Below, one piece after another: positions 21,479 through 29,490 of a stretch of 64,000 nucleotides of DNA. The notes beneath the pieces are model-generated. The model saw only the letters and a program-made list of their open reading frames with translations. It did not search any database and was not told where the DNA came from. The stretch's first letter is position 1. Each line of letters begins with the position of its first letter. Both the position numbers and the translations under genes were made by a program. This stretch comes from Polyangiales bacterium (GTDB taxonomy: Bacteria; Myxococcota_A; Polyangia; Polyangiales; Polyangiaceae): the NCBI GenBank assembly GCA_038231275.1, contig JBBRLQ010000008.1, positions 205,645-269,644 on the forward strand, given 5' to 3'.

Positions 21479-23013
21479 AGACCCGACTCGCTCCCCTCTT
21501 GGCGTCCGCTTTCGGCGCCGCGCTCGCCATCGCCGGCTGCGGCGACACGTACGGCCACCTCGGCACGACGTCGTATCTCCAGGTGGCCATCACCGGCGGC
21601 GACCCCGGCGCCCGCGATCGCCTTTTGCCGCTCACGTTCGATCAGTCGGCGCCGATCACGATCAAGGTCACCGCCACGCGCGGCGACGGTCAGATCGACA
21701 CCTCGTACAACGGCTACGTCCGCATCAGCGTGAAGCCGGGCACCGTCGTGAACCTCGCGGGCCCCGGCACCGACGGCCGCAACGTGCTCCTCCACGGCGG
21801 CGTCGTCGACGGGATCGGCGTCTCTGTCGCCGGCTCCTTCGGCCCCACTCACATCTGGGCGGAGGACATCGGGTACACGCCGGCGGATCCGAAGCGGACG
21901 CCGCCGCCCCTGTGCTCCAATGGCGCCGACGACAACAACAACGGCGTCGTCGATTTCCCCGCCGATCCCGGCTGCGCGTTCGCGAACGACGACACGGAGG
22001 ATCTCGGCACCTACGCGTCCGGCGCGAGCAGCACCCTCTACTTCACATCGCCGCGGATCGCGGACGTCCGCGGCGTCGCCCAAGGCGGCGCGGCGACCTC
22101 GTTCCCGCACCAGCAGGTCACCGTCGACAGCGGCTGGGACTCCGAGAAGCGCGAGTTCAGCCATTCGATCGTCATCACGCGCATCGCCTCCGACGGCTTC
22201 TACGCGACGGACATCGATGACACGCGCGGCTATTCGAGCATCTTCGCGTACAACTTCACGGCGCCGCCGCAGATGCGCGTGTGCGACCGGATGAAGTCGT
22301 ACGGCGGCACTGCGGCCGACTTCTTCGGCTTCACCGAGATGGGCTTCCCGACGTGGGAGCTCGAGGAGTGGAATCCGCTGAAACGCCCGTGCCTGGTGCC
22401 CGAGCCGCACGTCTTCACGTCGCAGGAGCTCGGGCGCGACGACAAGGCCGCCTACGTCACGACGACCGCCCTCACCAAGAACATCGCGGGGATGGTCCGG
22501 ATGACGAACGATCCGCTGAAGGGCGTCGACGTCCACATCGGCAAGCACTTCGGGCCGAACTACCCGGACCCGGCGACGCTCGCGATGACCGACGACGCCA
22601 CGAACTGCGACTTCAACAGGGACGGCAAGGTCGACTTCAACACCGATCCCGAGAAGACGTGCGCAAACAACTGCACGTACGATCTCGAGTGCACCGAGTA
22701 CTCGAACTTCTTGTCGCGTAGCGCCTTCACGCTGTTCATTTCGGCTCCGGATCCCATCACCGGTTCGCCCATCACCGGCACCATCCAGGGCAACGCGTCG
22801 TCCTCGGCGCAGTTCGATCCGGTGGCGAACCGAGGCAAGAGCATCCACTCGTTCACCGGCACGCTCCGCTACTTCTCCGGCGGCACGCAGTACACGATCG
22901 AAGCCCGCTGCGAAGACGACATCGTCATCGACCAAAACACGCCCCCGATCGACAGCGGTCGCGCCTGCGTTCACGCGCGAACATCCTCCGACAACAGCTC
23001 CGCCTCCAACTGA
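21475..23013 (+). CDS. Lipoprotein with a putative Ig-like domain, Ca-binding loops and two ExeM/YhcR-like OB-fold motifs
   Basis: ATG 21475 (ATGA overlap with the upstream gene), lipobox LAIAG-C. Motifs CSNGADDNNNGVVDFPADPGC; PRIADVRG..SFPHQQVTV..VITRIASDGFYATD..SSIFAY..CDR..FFGFTEM; SFTGTLRYFSG..YTIEARCEDDI. Confidence 0.85.
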   Translation: MKTRLAPLLASAFGAALAIAGCGDTYGHLGTTSYLQVAITGGDPGARDRLLPLTFDQSAPITIKVTATRGDGQIDTSYNGYVRISVKPGTVVNLAGPGTDGRNVLLHGGVVDGIGVSVAGSFGPTHIWAEDIGYTPADPKRTPPPLCSNGADDNNNGVVDFPADPGCAFANDDTEDLGTYASGASSTLYFTSPRIADVRGVAQGGAATSFPHQQVTVDSGWDSEKREFSHSIVITRIASDGFYATDIDDTRGYSSIFAYNFTAPPQMRVCDRMKSYGGTAADFFGFTEMGFPTWELEEWNPLKRPCLVPEPHVFTSQELGRDDKAAYVTTTALTKNIAGMVRMTNDPLKGVDVHIGKHFGPNYPDPATLAMTDDATNCDFNRDGKVDFNTDPEKTCANNCTYDLECTEYSNFLSRSAFTLFISAPDPITGSPITGTIQGNASSSAQFDPVANRGKSIHSFTGTLRYFSGGTQYTIEARCEDDIVIDQNTPPIDSGRACVHARTSSDNSSASN

Positions 23014-23025
23014 GACACGAAACCG

Positions 23026-24867
23026 ATGCGCTCTGCCCGCCTCCATTCCGCCCTCCCCAACCTCGCCTTCGTCGCGGCGTTCTGCGTGCCCGGGCTCGCG
23101 CTCGCGCAGGCCCCGACCGCCAATCCGCCGGCCACGTCGGCGACGCCCACGACGCCGACGACGCCCGCGAGCGGTGTCTCTGCGACCGGGAGCTCGTCCG
23201 TGCAGATCGGCACGGGGGCGCAGACCGACACGGCCGCGGGGACCACTGGCGACGTGAAGCCCGGCGACGCGAACCCCACCGACGTGACGCCGAAGCCGGA
23301 CCCCGACACGACCGGCTCGGCCGGCGCGCGCGCCGTCGGCATGGCGCCGCCCGGCGTGAACCCTGGCAACTTCATGGACACGCGCCTGTCGTGGACCTTC
23401 GGCGACGACGACTTCCTCCACCGCACGGGCGAGCTCGTGCCGCTCTCGCCGACGTTCTCGGTCGGCGATCGCTCGCAGTATCGCCTCTTCTTCGACAACC
23501 TGAACTCGCGCTTCAGCGGTCGTGAGAACCTCACGCACCTCGTCATGTACAAGAAGATGCCGGGCTTCATCGACCGGCTCACCACCGAGGCGGCGCTCGT
23601 CCTGCGGTTCGACATGGCGAACCTGTCGGCCAACACCGGCAACCTGAACTCCGCGCTCTACGACGCGGGCTCGTACATCCGCATCTTCTACAACACGAAC
23701 ACCAACCGCGAGAAGGAGGGCATCAGCGCCGTCTTCTTCCCGCTCGACACCGACCGCTTCCGCCTCGGCTACCTCTACGACATCTCGTGGGGCGGCACCG
23801 CGGCGTCGATCAACCAGTCCATTTTCCCGCGCATCCAGGGCGCCTCGCCCGGCATGAAGGTGCAGTTCGACGGCGACGGCTACTACGCGTTCGCCGGCTT
23901 CAAGACTGCGACGATCATCCAGCCGCAGCAGATCTTGAACAGCGGCACCACGAGCGACGTCGAGCTCACGCGCGTCGGCGAGACGAACTTCGGCGGCCTC
24001 ATCGGCGGCGGCGCGGACATCACGAAACACTTCCGCTTCGACGCGGGCGGCGGCTGGTTCCAGCAGGGCAAGTTCGACCTAGACGACGTCCGCGGAAAAT
24101 CCGTTTACACACGCGGCCTCTCGGGTCGCTTCGTCGCGCACAAGGACATGCCGGTCCCGCAGTCGGTCGACTTCCTCCTCTATCGGAACGATCCGATGAA
24201 GCCGATGGTGCTGTTCGCACCGGAAGTCTATAACCCCAACGAGCTGGCCTACAGCGTGAGCGTCGAGGGGAGCTACCTCCTCCAGCACCTGAAGGACTTC
24301 GACAACGCGGGGCAGACGAAGGACCAGGGCGCGGCGGCGCTGGCGATCCAGGGCGTCGTGAAGGCCGGCTACGCGCGCTTCAGCGCGACCGGCATCACGC
24401 GCAACCTGAACTACGTCGTCCGCAACGTCCCCGGCTTCATCCCGTTCGAGACGTTGCCCGGCAACGTGAAGACGGACCCCGAGCTCTTCGGCGCGCTCGC
24501 CGCGGACTACCACATCGCGAAGCTGAAGCTGACCCCGGGCATCGCGGGCGGCATCCAACTCCCCTCGACGTTCAAGAGCGAGTTCACCGACGGCGGCGTG
24601 CCGGCGTCGCGCACGATCGTCGTCCGCCAGCAGGGCGACGAGTCGATCCTCCCGTACAACAAGGACCGAACCGCGATTTACCAGATGCGCCTCAGCGTGC
24701 GCTGGCAGCTCTCCGAGATCCTCCAGGTCGTGGGGTGGGCCCAGTACGTGCGCGACAACAACGCCACGCGTGTGGAGCGTGATCGTGTCGACGGCACGGC
24801 GTCCTTGCGTGTCTTCCAGAGCCCGGACCGCCTCGGCGTCGGGACGTCCATTCAAGCGCGGTTCTAG
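23026..24867 (+). CDS. Putative outer-membrane beta-barrel protein
   Basis: Sec signal (..GLALA-Q), Pro/Thr-rich linker, many amphipathic aromatic strands, C-terminal beta-signal-like GVGTSIQARF. Strong GC3 codon bias. Confidence 0.8.
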   Translation: MRSARLHSALPNLAFVAAFCVPGLALAQAPTANPPATSATPTTPTTPASGVSATGSSSVQIGTGAQTDTAAGTTGDVKPGDANPTDVTPKPDPDTTGSAGARAVGMAPPGVNPGNFMDTRLSWTFGDDDFLHRTGELVPLSPTFSVGDRSQYRLFFDNLNSRFSGRENLTHLVMYKKMPGFIDRLTTEAALVLRFDMANLSANTGNLNSALYDAGSYIRIFYNTNTNREKEGISAVFFPLDTDRFRLGYLYDISWGGTAASINQSIFPRIQGASPGMKVQFDGDGYYAFAGFKTATIIQPQQILNSGTTSDVELTRVGETNFGGLIGGGADITKHFRFDAGGGWFQQGKFDLDDVRGKSVYTRGLSGRFVAHKDMPVPQSVDFLLYRNDPMKPMVLFAPEVYNPNELAYSVSVEGSYLLQHLKDFDNAGQTKDQGAAALAIQGVVKAGYARFSATGITRNLNYVVRNVPGFIPFETLPGNVKTDPELFGALAADYHIAKLKLTPGIAGGIQLPSTFKSEFTDGGVPASRTIVVRQQGDESILPYNKDRTAIYQMRLSVRWQLSEILQVVGWAQYVRDNNATRVERDRVDGTASLRVFQSPDRLGVGTSIQARF

Positions 24868-25003
24868 GATCGGTACCGACGGAATCGACGAGTTCGCGAA
24901 GGCCGTCCACTGCGGAAACGGGGCCAAGATGCGCTCCGCGAATGCGTGCGTGTCTGGTGGTAGACACGCTCACAACTTCGATCGTGACGCTCGCATAAGC
25001 TCG

Positions 25004-25816
25004 TCAGGGGCAGGCGACGTCCACATTCGGACCGTTGGGTGTGCCGATGTAGAGGCCGCCGTACGTCTGGCTCGGATAGCGCCAACTGGACCACGTCGTG
25101 CGGGCCGAAGGTGCGCACGACGCGGGAAATTCCAAGCTCGCGCCCGGCAACCACGGCAACGTCGTGTCATAGGTAATCGAATCGAGGAGGACGCCGCCGA
25201 TCGAGAGAGCCACGGTGTCACCGGAGTTCTTCAATGCGTCGCCGACGCTTCCTTGCCACGCGAGCACCATGCCGCTCAGACCGTGATTGATGGTCGCGTC
25301 CGTGCTATCCGCGACGAGAAACGAGCCCCCCCCCGCCAGGTAGGTATCGCTCGTAACGTCGACTGTGTCCGACGTTGGCCCACGCGGTGACTCGACGTGC
25401 AGGCCGCGCAGGTTGAGGCGGCACGCACGGGTGCTCTTCACTTCCAACCACTCGCCGTGGTCACCGCTGCCCGACTGCGAAGCGACCATGAGCTCTACGA
25501 TGACGAGGTCGCCGGGGGCGAGCGAAGCGCAATCCACCGGCCCCGTGTCCGCCGCTCCGTCGGCGGGGGCTTCGGAGTCGGTCGCGCCGTCGCGGGCTGG
25601 CGGAGGCGGCGCCGTGTCCTCGATGCCGCTGTCCAGAGAGCGGCCAGCCTCCTGACCGATGCCGCCGTCTCGCAGAACCCGCCCGCCAGCGTCGGTCGCC
25701 GCGTTCTGATCATCTGGAGATGTCGCGGGGCGAAGATCGTCGAGATCACTTCCGCCGAGGATCTGCGCGCATCCGCCGAGGAGGCTCGCGGCCGCGAGCA
25801 AGAGGGGGGCGCGCAT
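25004..25816 (-). CDS. Lamin-tail-domain (LTD) lipoprotein
   Basis: Lipobox LLGG-C, Asp/Ala/Gly linker, LTD motifs LVIVELMV..GEWLEV..LKNSGDTV.L..DSITY..GTPNGPN. Confidence 0.8.
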   Translation of the reverse strand: MRAPLLLAAASLLGGCAQILGGSDLDDLRPATSPDDQNAATDAGGRVLRDGGIGQEAGRSLDSGIEDTAPPPPARDGATDSEAPADGAADTGPVDCASLAPGDLVIVELMVASQSGSGDHGEWLEVKSTRACRLNLRGLHVESPRGPTSDTVDVTSDTYLAGGGSFLVADSTDATINHGLSGMVLAWQGSVGDALKNSGDTVALSIGGVLLDSITYDTTLPWLPGASLEFPASCAPSARTTWSSWRYPSQTYGGLYIGTPNGPNVDVACP

Positions 25817-26838
25817 CAGAACGACCCCGAAGCGCCGAAGCCGCCGCCGCCCGCGAAGACGAGGGGACGAAACGAAGCAAACTGCCTGGGCGATTCCTTC
25901 GAAGTGACGACGAGCAGGGTTCCGGCGCCGATCCCAGCGGCGCCCAGGACGATGCCGAGCGTGCTCATGAGCGACAGCGTTCGAAACCGCTCCGCGGAGG
26001 CCAAACCTTGCTCGTCACACACGTGCGCGGCGCTGCAATGGTCCAGCGCCTCGCCCTTCTGTCGAATGGCGAGGAGCCCCGCCGCGCTGCCCGCGACGAG
26101 CACGGTGATGCCTGTCCCCAACGTGATCCAGCCCGCGACGCGTGCCGTCGAGGGCGAAGCTGCGCGACCGGACGCAATGCCGTCGACAGGCGCACCCGCG
26201 GGCGGCAGGCGCGCCGCGGGCGGCGGTGGCACGGCTGACACACCCGGATCGAGTGGCGTGGGCGCGACGACGACCTCGCGCGTCTCACCGTCTCGTAGAT
26301 CGATAGCCTGGGCGCGCTCTCTCCGCTCGGCAGCGCGGACCACGAGGGTGTGCTTGCCCGGGTTGGCGCGTACGGCATGCTCGAGCGGCACCGGCGTCCC
26401 GTCGATCAGCACGCCCGTCCCCTCCGGCGATCCCGGCTCGAGTGAGACGGTCACATGCGCCAAACGCCGCTCCATTCGGGCCGCCTGCTCCAGGACGAGA
26501 GGGCCGCGATCGTCGCCCGGCGTGAGCATCGCCGAGAGCCGCTCGATCTTCGCGAGAGCGCCGAGAAGGTCCCCGGCGTGCTCATCGCATTGAACCAGGT
26601 TGAAGAGCGTCCCCGCGGCAGGGTCGAGGCGCATGCTCTCCTCGAACTTCGGGCACGCGGTCGCGAAGTCTCCGCGACCTACGGCCTCGCGCCCTCCGCG
26701 AAATAGAGCGTCGGCCGCGGCCTTCTCCGCCGCCTTGTCACCAGCGCGCGCGTCGGCGAGCGCGACCAGCGGCCCAATCGTGAGGACGAGAGCACACGCC
26801 GCGAAACGGCAACGCTTGGACTTATTCTCGGCGGTCAT
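25816..26838 (-). CDS. Secreted TPR + PEGA-like domain protein with a C-terminal hydrophobic hairpin
   Basis: AADALFRGGRE..ACPKFEESMRLDPAAGTLFNL (TPR), NPGKHTLVV (PEGA-like), two Gly-rich hydrophobic segments, terminal GGGFGASGSF. Confidence 0.82.
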   Translation of the reverse strand: MTAENKSKRCRFAACALVLTIGPLVALADARAGDKAAEKAAADALFRGGREAVGRGDFATACPKFEESMRLDPAAGTLFNLVQCDEHAGDLLGALAKIERLSAMLTPGDDRGPLVLEQAARMERRLAHVTVSLEPGSPEGTGVLIDGTPVPLEHAVRANPGKHTLVVRAAERRERAQAIDLRDGETREVVVAPTPLDPGVSAVPPPPAARLPPAGAPVDGIASGRAASPSTARVAGWITLGTGITVLVAGSAAGLLAIRQKGEALDHCSAAHVCDEQGLASAERFRTLSLMSTLGIVLGAAGIGAGTLLVVTSKESPRQFASFRPLVFAGGGGFGASGSF

Positions 26839-28420
26839 AGGGGTTCACTCGAACGAGGGGCCCGCCCGTCGCGCGCTTCGCGGCAGGAGTGGACGTTGGT
26901 GGAGCGGCCACCGCGTCACGTGGGGCCGTCGGCATCCCGTGCTCGGCGACGTGGCCGCGGCGGCTTTTCATGTTGGTCGTCGCGCGCGCCGGCTCGGGAA
27001 TGGGGATGCTCCGTGACGCGAGCGCGACGTCGTCAACGCGAGCCGGCCGCTCGGGTCGTGGGACGATGACAGCATCTCCCGGTGAAACAAGCGCCGGAGC
27101 CGAGACCATCGCAGAGTCCGTTGCGGCACCACCTGGTATCCTCGCGTCGCCGATCTCGTCGTCCACGAAGAAGCGTCCCGCGCCGAACGCAAATAGCATG
27201 AGCGCCACCGAGCCCGCGGCGGCGATGGCGGCCGTCGCACGTACCGACGGCGGCGCGAATCCCGCCTGAGCGGACGGGGCGAGGGCATGACCCGCTGCGC
27301 GTGAAGTACCAGACGCGAAGAGCGGATTCATGCTCGCTTCCGCCGGCACTGGCACCGGTGCCGCCGCCGCGGGAGGCATCACCAACGTGGCTCCGAGGTC
27401 CTCCAGGACCGGCCGAACGGCGATGGCCGCGTCGTCGATGGGCTCCTTCGAAGCTTCGGCTTCCTGCTGAAGGGTCGTGCGCGCGGCGGACACGGCTTCC
27501 AACATCGCTTTCGCGGCGGCCCAGCGATCGCTTTTCTCGAAGGCGAGAGCACGGGAGACGAGCTCCGCCACATACCGAGGGACACCGGGGCAAGCCGTCG
27601 CCGGGTCCGCAGGCTGCTCGGTCAGGGAAGCGGCGGCGGCGAGCTTGTCCGCGTCGGTACGGCGCGGTGACCTCCCGGTGAGCATGGCATGGAGGACCGC
27701 TCCACACGCGTAGACATCAGATCGGGGATCGACGTCCGAGAGAGTGCCGCGCGCCAGCTCCGGCGACATGAAGTCCGTGCGACCGAAAGCCGCGGCCAAA
27801 GGCGCGCCCTGCCCCGGCGCGCAACGCGCCGCACACTCCGCGACCGCCGCGCTGCCAAAGTCGATCACCTTGATCCTGCCGTCGGAGAGTCGGACCACGT
27901 TCCTTGGTGCGAGGTCGCGGTGTTGAATTCCTTGCGCATGCGCGACGTCGAGCACGTCGAGCACGTGCCACGCGATTCTGAGCGCTTCGTCGACGGGCAG
28001 AGGGCCAGACGTCTCGAGGATCTCGTCTACAGTTTGCCCCTCCAGCATTTCCAACACGAGAAAGACCGCACCTCCCTCCGCGACGTCATCGTCGAGCACA
28101 CGCACGACTCCCTCGTGCGGTACGAGGTTCCCGGCGTACCCCTCCCGCAGAAACGTAGCGCGCACGGTGGGGTCCGCCGCGAGCAACGGATGCATCATCT
28201 TCAAGATGGCTCGACTTCGGTTGCGATGCGTCGCCACATAGACCGCCGACGTCGCGCCCGCGCCCAGGAGGTGGTCGAGGCGCCATTTCCCCCCGACGAG
28301 CCGGCCGACGCGCTCGCCGGCATGCTCGCGAAGGACGATGCGCGAGTCGGACGCGGCAAGGCTCGGGAACGGGGCGGTGGTCGTGGCGTTGTCGGGAGGG
28401 TTCTCGGCGCGCGTTTCCAT
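26822..28420 (-). CDS. Divergent Hanks-type protein kinase with a TM helix
   Basis: LGAGATSAVY, AILK, HRDLAPRN, DFG, FMSPE, DVYACG, then a TM helix and a tail ending NPYDRRE. Confidence 0.88.
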   Translation of the reverse strand: METRAENPPDNATTTAPFPSLAASDSRIVLREHAGERVGRLVGGKWRLDHLLGAGATSAVYVATHRNRSRAILKMMHPLLAADPTVRATFLREGYAGNLVPHEGVVRVLDDDVAEGGAVFLVLEMLEGQTVDEILETSGPLPVDEALRIAWHVLDVLDVAHAQGIQHRDLAPRNVVRLSDGRIKVIDFGSAAVAECAARCAPGQGAPLAAAFGRTDFMSPELARGTLSDVDPRSDVYACGAVLHAMLTGRSPRRTDADKLAAAASLTEQPADPATACPGVPRYVAELVSRALAFEKSDRWAAAKAMLEAVSAARTTLQQEAEASKEPIDDAAIAVRPVLEDLGATLVMPPAAAAPVPVPAEASMNPLFASGTSRAAGHALAPSAQAGFAPPSVRATAAIAAAGSVALMLFAFGAGRFFVDDEIGDARIPGGAATDSAMVSAPALVSPGDAVIVPRPERPARVDDVALASRSIPIPEPARATTNMKSRRGHVAEHGMPTAPRDAVAAPPTSTPAAKRATGGPLVRVNPYDRRE

Positions 28421-28571
28421 GGGTGCCTCGTCTTACGTCGCCGGCGGGTGCTTTCCTGCCCGCCACGCCACGCGCGCATCTATGGGTATTTGCGAGGAAA
28501 TGACCGTCGATCCACCCGATACTTTCGCCGCGCGGGCCTCCGCATGGAGGTCTAGTCGCTCCCTGCGCCCG

Positions 28572-29477
28572 TCACCAAAGGAGCGCGCGGATCGCGAGGT
28601 CCACGAGATCCTCGGTGAGGTCGACGCGGCGGCGAAAGTCGGTCGTCTCGCGCAACGACTCGTTCATCATTGCGACGTGGGCGGCGGCCTGGGCTTTCTT
28701 GAAGTGTTCGTCGCGTGCGGCCTCGCGGTCGCGATCGCGCGCCGCGAGCTGCTTCTTCGCAAGCTCGAGGCCGCCGCTGGCGACCCACTCGACCGCTTGC
28801 GTGAGCTCGCCGGAATCGAACCAGGTTCCGTGTAGTTTGCATACGTCGACGACGACTCCGCTCTTTCGGCCGAAATTCACGCGGTTCATCGGCTGGTGGC
28901 ACTGCGGGCACTTCAGGTAGCGGACCGCGCCCTCCTCGACGGCGTGGCGCGCGCGCTCGAACGGGCGCGCGTCCTTCACCGGCAAAGGGCCGCTCGTCTC
29001 GCGCTCCTCGACGATTCGCGCGAGCGACGCGTGGTCGACGAAGACGCCGCCGCACGCGGAGCACTCGACGAGGCCGCGATCACCGAGCGTCGAGAGCTTA
29101 CCCTCGCAGCGCGGGCACGGCGCGCCGGCCGGGTCGAGGAGCGGCTCGAGCTCGAGCGCGTGGCCACACCGGGCACACGCGCGATCGCCGGTCTTCTGGA
29201 GCGCGAAGCAGGTCGGGCAGCGTACCTTGGAGAGGCGGACCTCGCAGTGGGGGCAGGTGGCGATGCTTGGCGGGCACATGCCTCCACAAAACGGGCACGC
29301 GATCTCCGGAGACTCGAGGATCGGGCGATCCTCCGCCGCGCGGTACGGGCTGGCGCTCTTGGCCTGAACGGGCGCCTGCGCGCTCGCACGGTTTTCGACG
29401 CCGCACGACGCGCAGCGGACGAGGCCGCCGGGGAAGACATGCACCTCGAGCTCGGCGTCGCACCCCGCGCAGCGCAT
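28572..29477 (-). CDS. Multi-zinc-ribbon protein (zf-TFIIB-like C-terminal ribbons)
   Basis: Five paired knuckles: CAGC/CASC, CPFC/CPHC, CPTC/CARC, CPRC/CSAC, CPQC..DVCKLHGTWFDSGEL. Confidence 0.85.
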   Translation of the reverse strand: MRCAGCDAELEVHVFPGGLVRCASCGVENRASAQAPVQAKSASPYRAAEDRPILESPEIACPFCGGMCPPSIATCPHCEVRLSKVRCPTCFALQKTGDRACARCGHALELEPLLDPAGAPCPRCEGKLSTLGDRGLVECSACGGVFVDHASLARIVEERETSGPLPVKDARPFERARHAVEEGAVRYLKCPQCHQPMNRVNFGRKSGVVVDVCKLHGTWFDSGELTQAVEWVASGGLELAKKQLAARDRDREAARDEHFKKAQAAAHVAMMNESLRETTDFRRRVDLTEDLVDLAIRALLW

Positions 29478-29490
29478 CGCGGCCGTCCCT

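Noticed and set aside
21115..24030. Long antisense ORFs (also 31496..33613, 16781..18874, 18944..21325, 53489..55150 and others)
   Set aside because: Expected mirror frames of high-GC3 genes. They show no recognisable motifs.
24948..24969. TGGTAGACACGC resembling a tRNA-Leu D-arm
   Set aside because: No acceptor stem, anticodon arm or T-loop around it. It is just a small hairpin between convergent genes.
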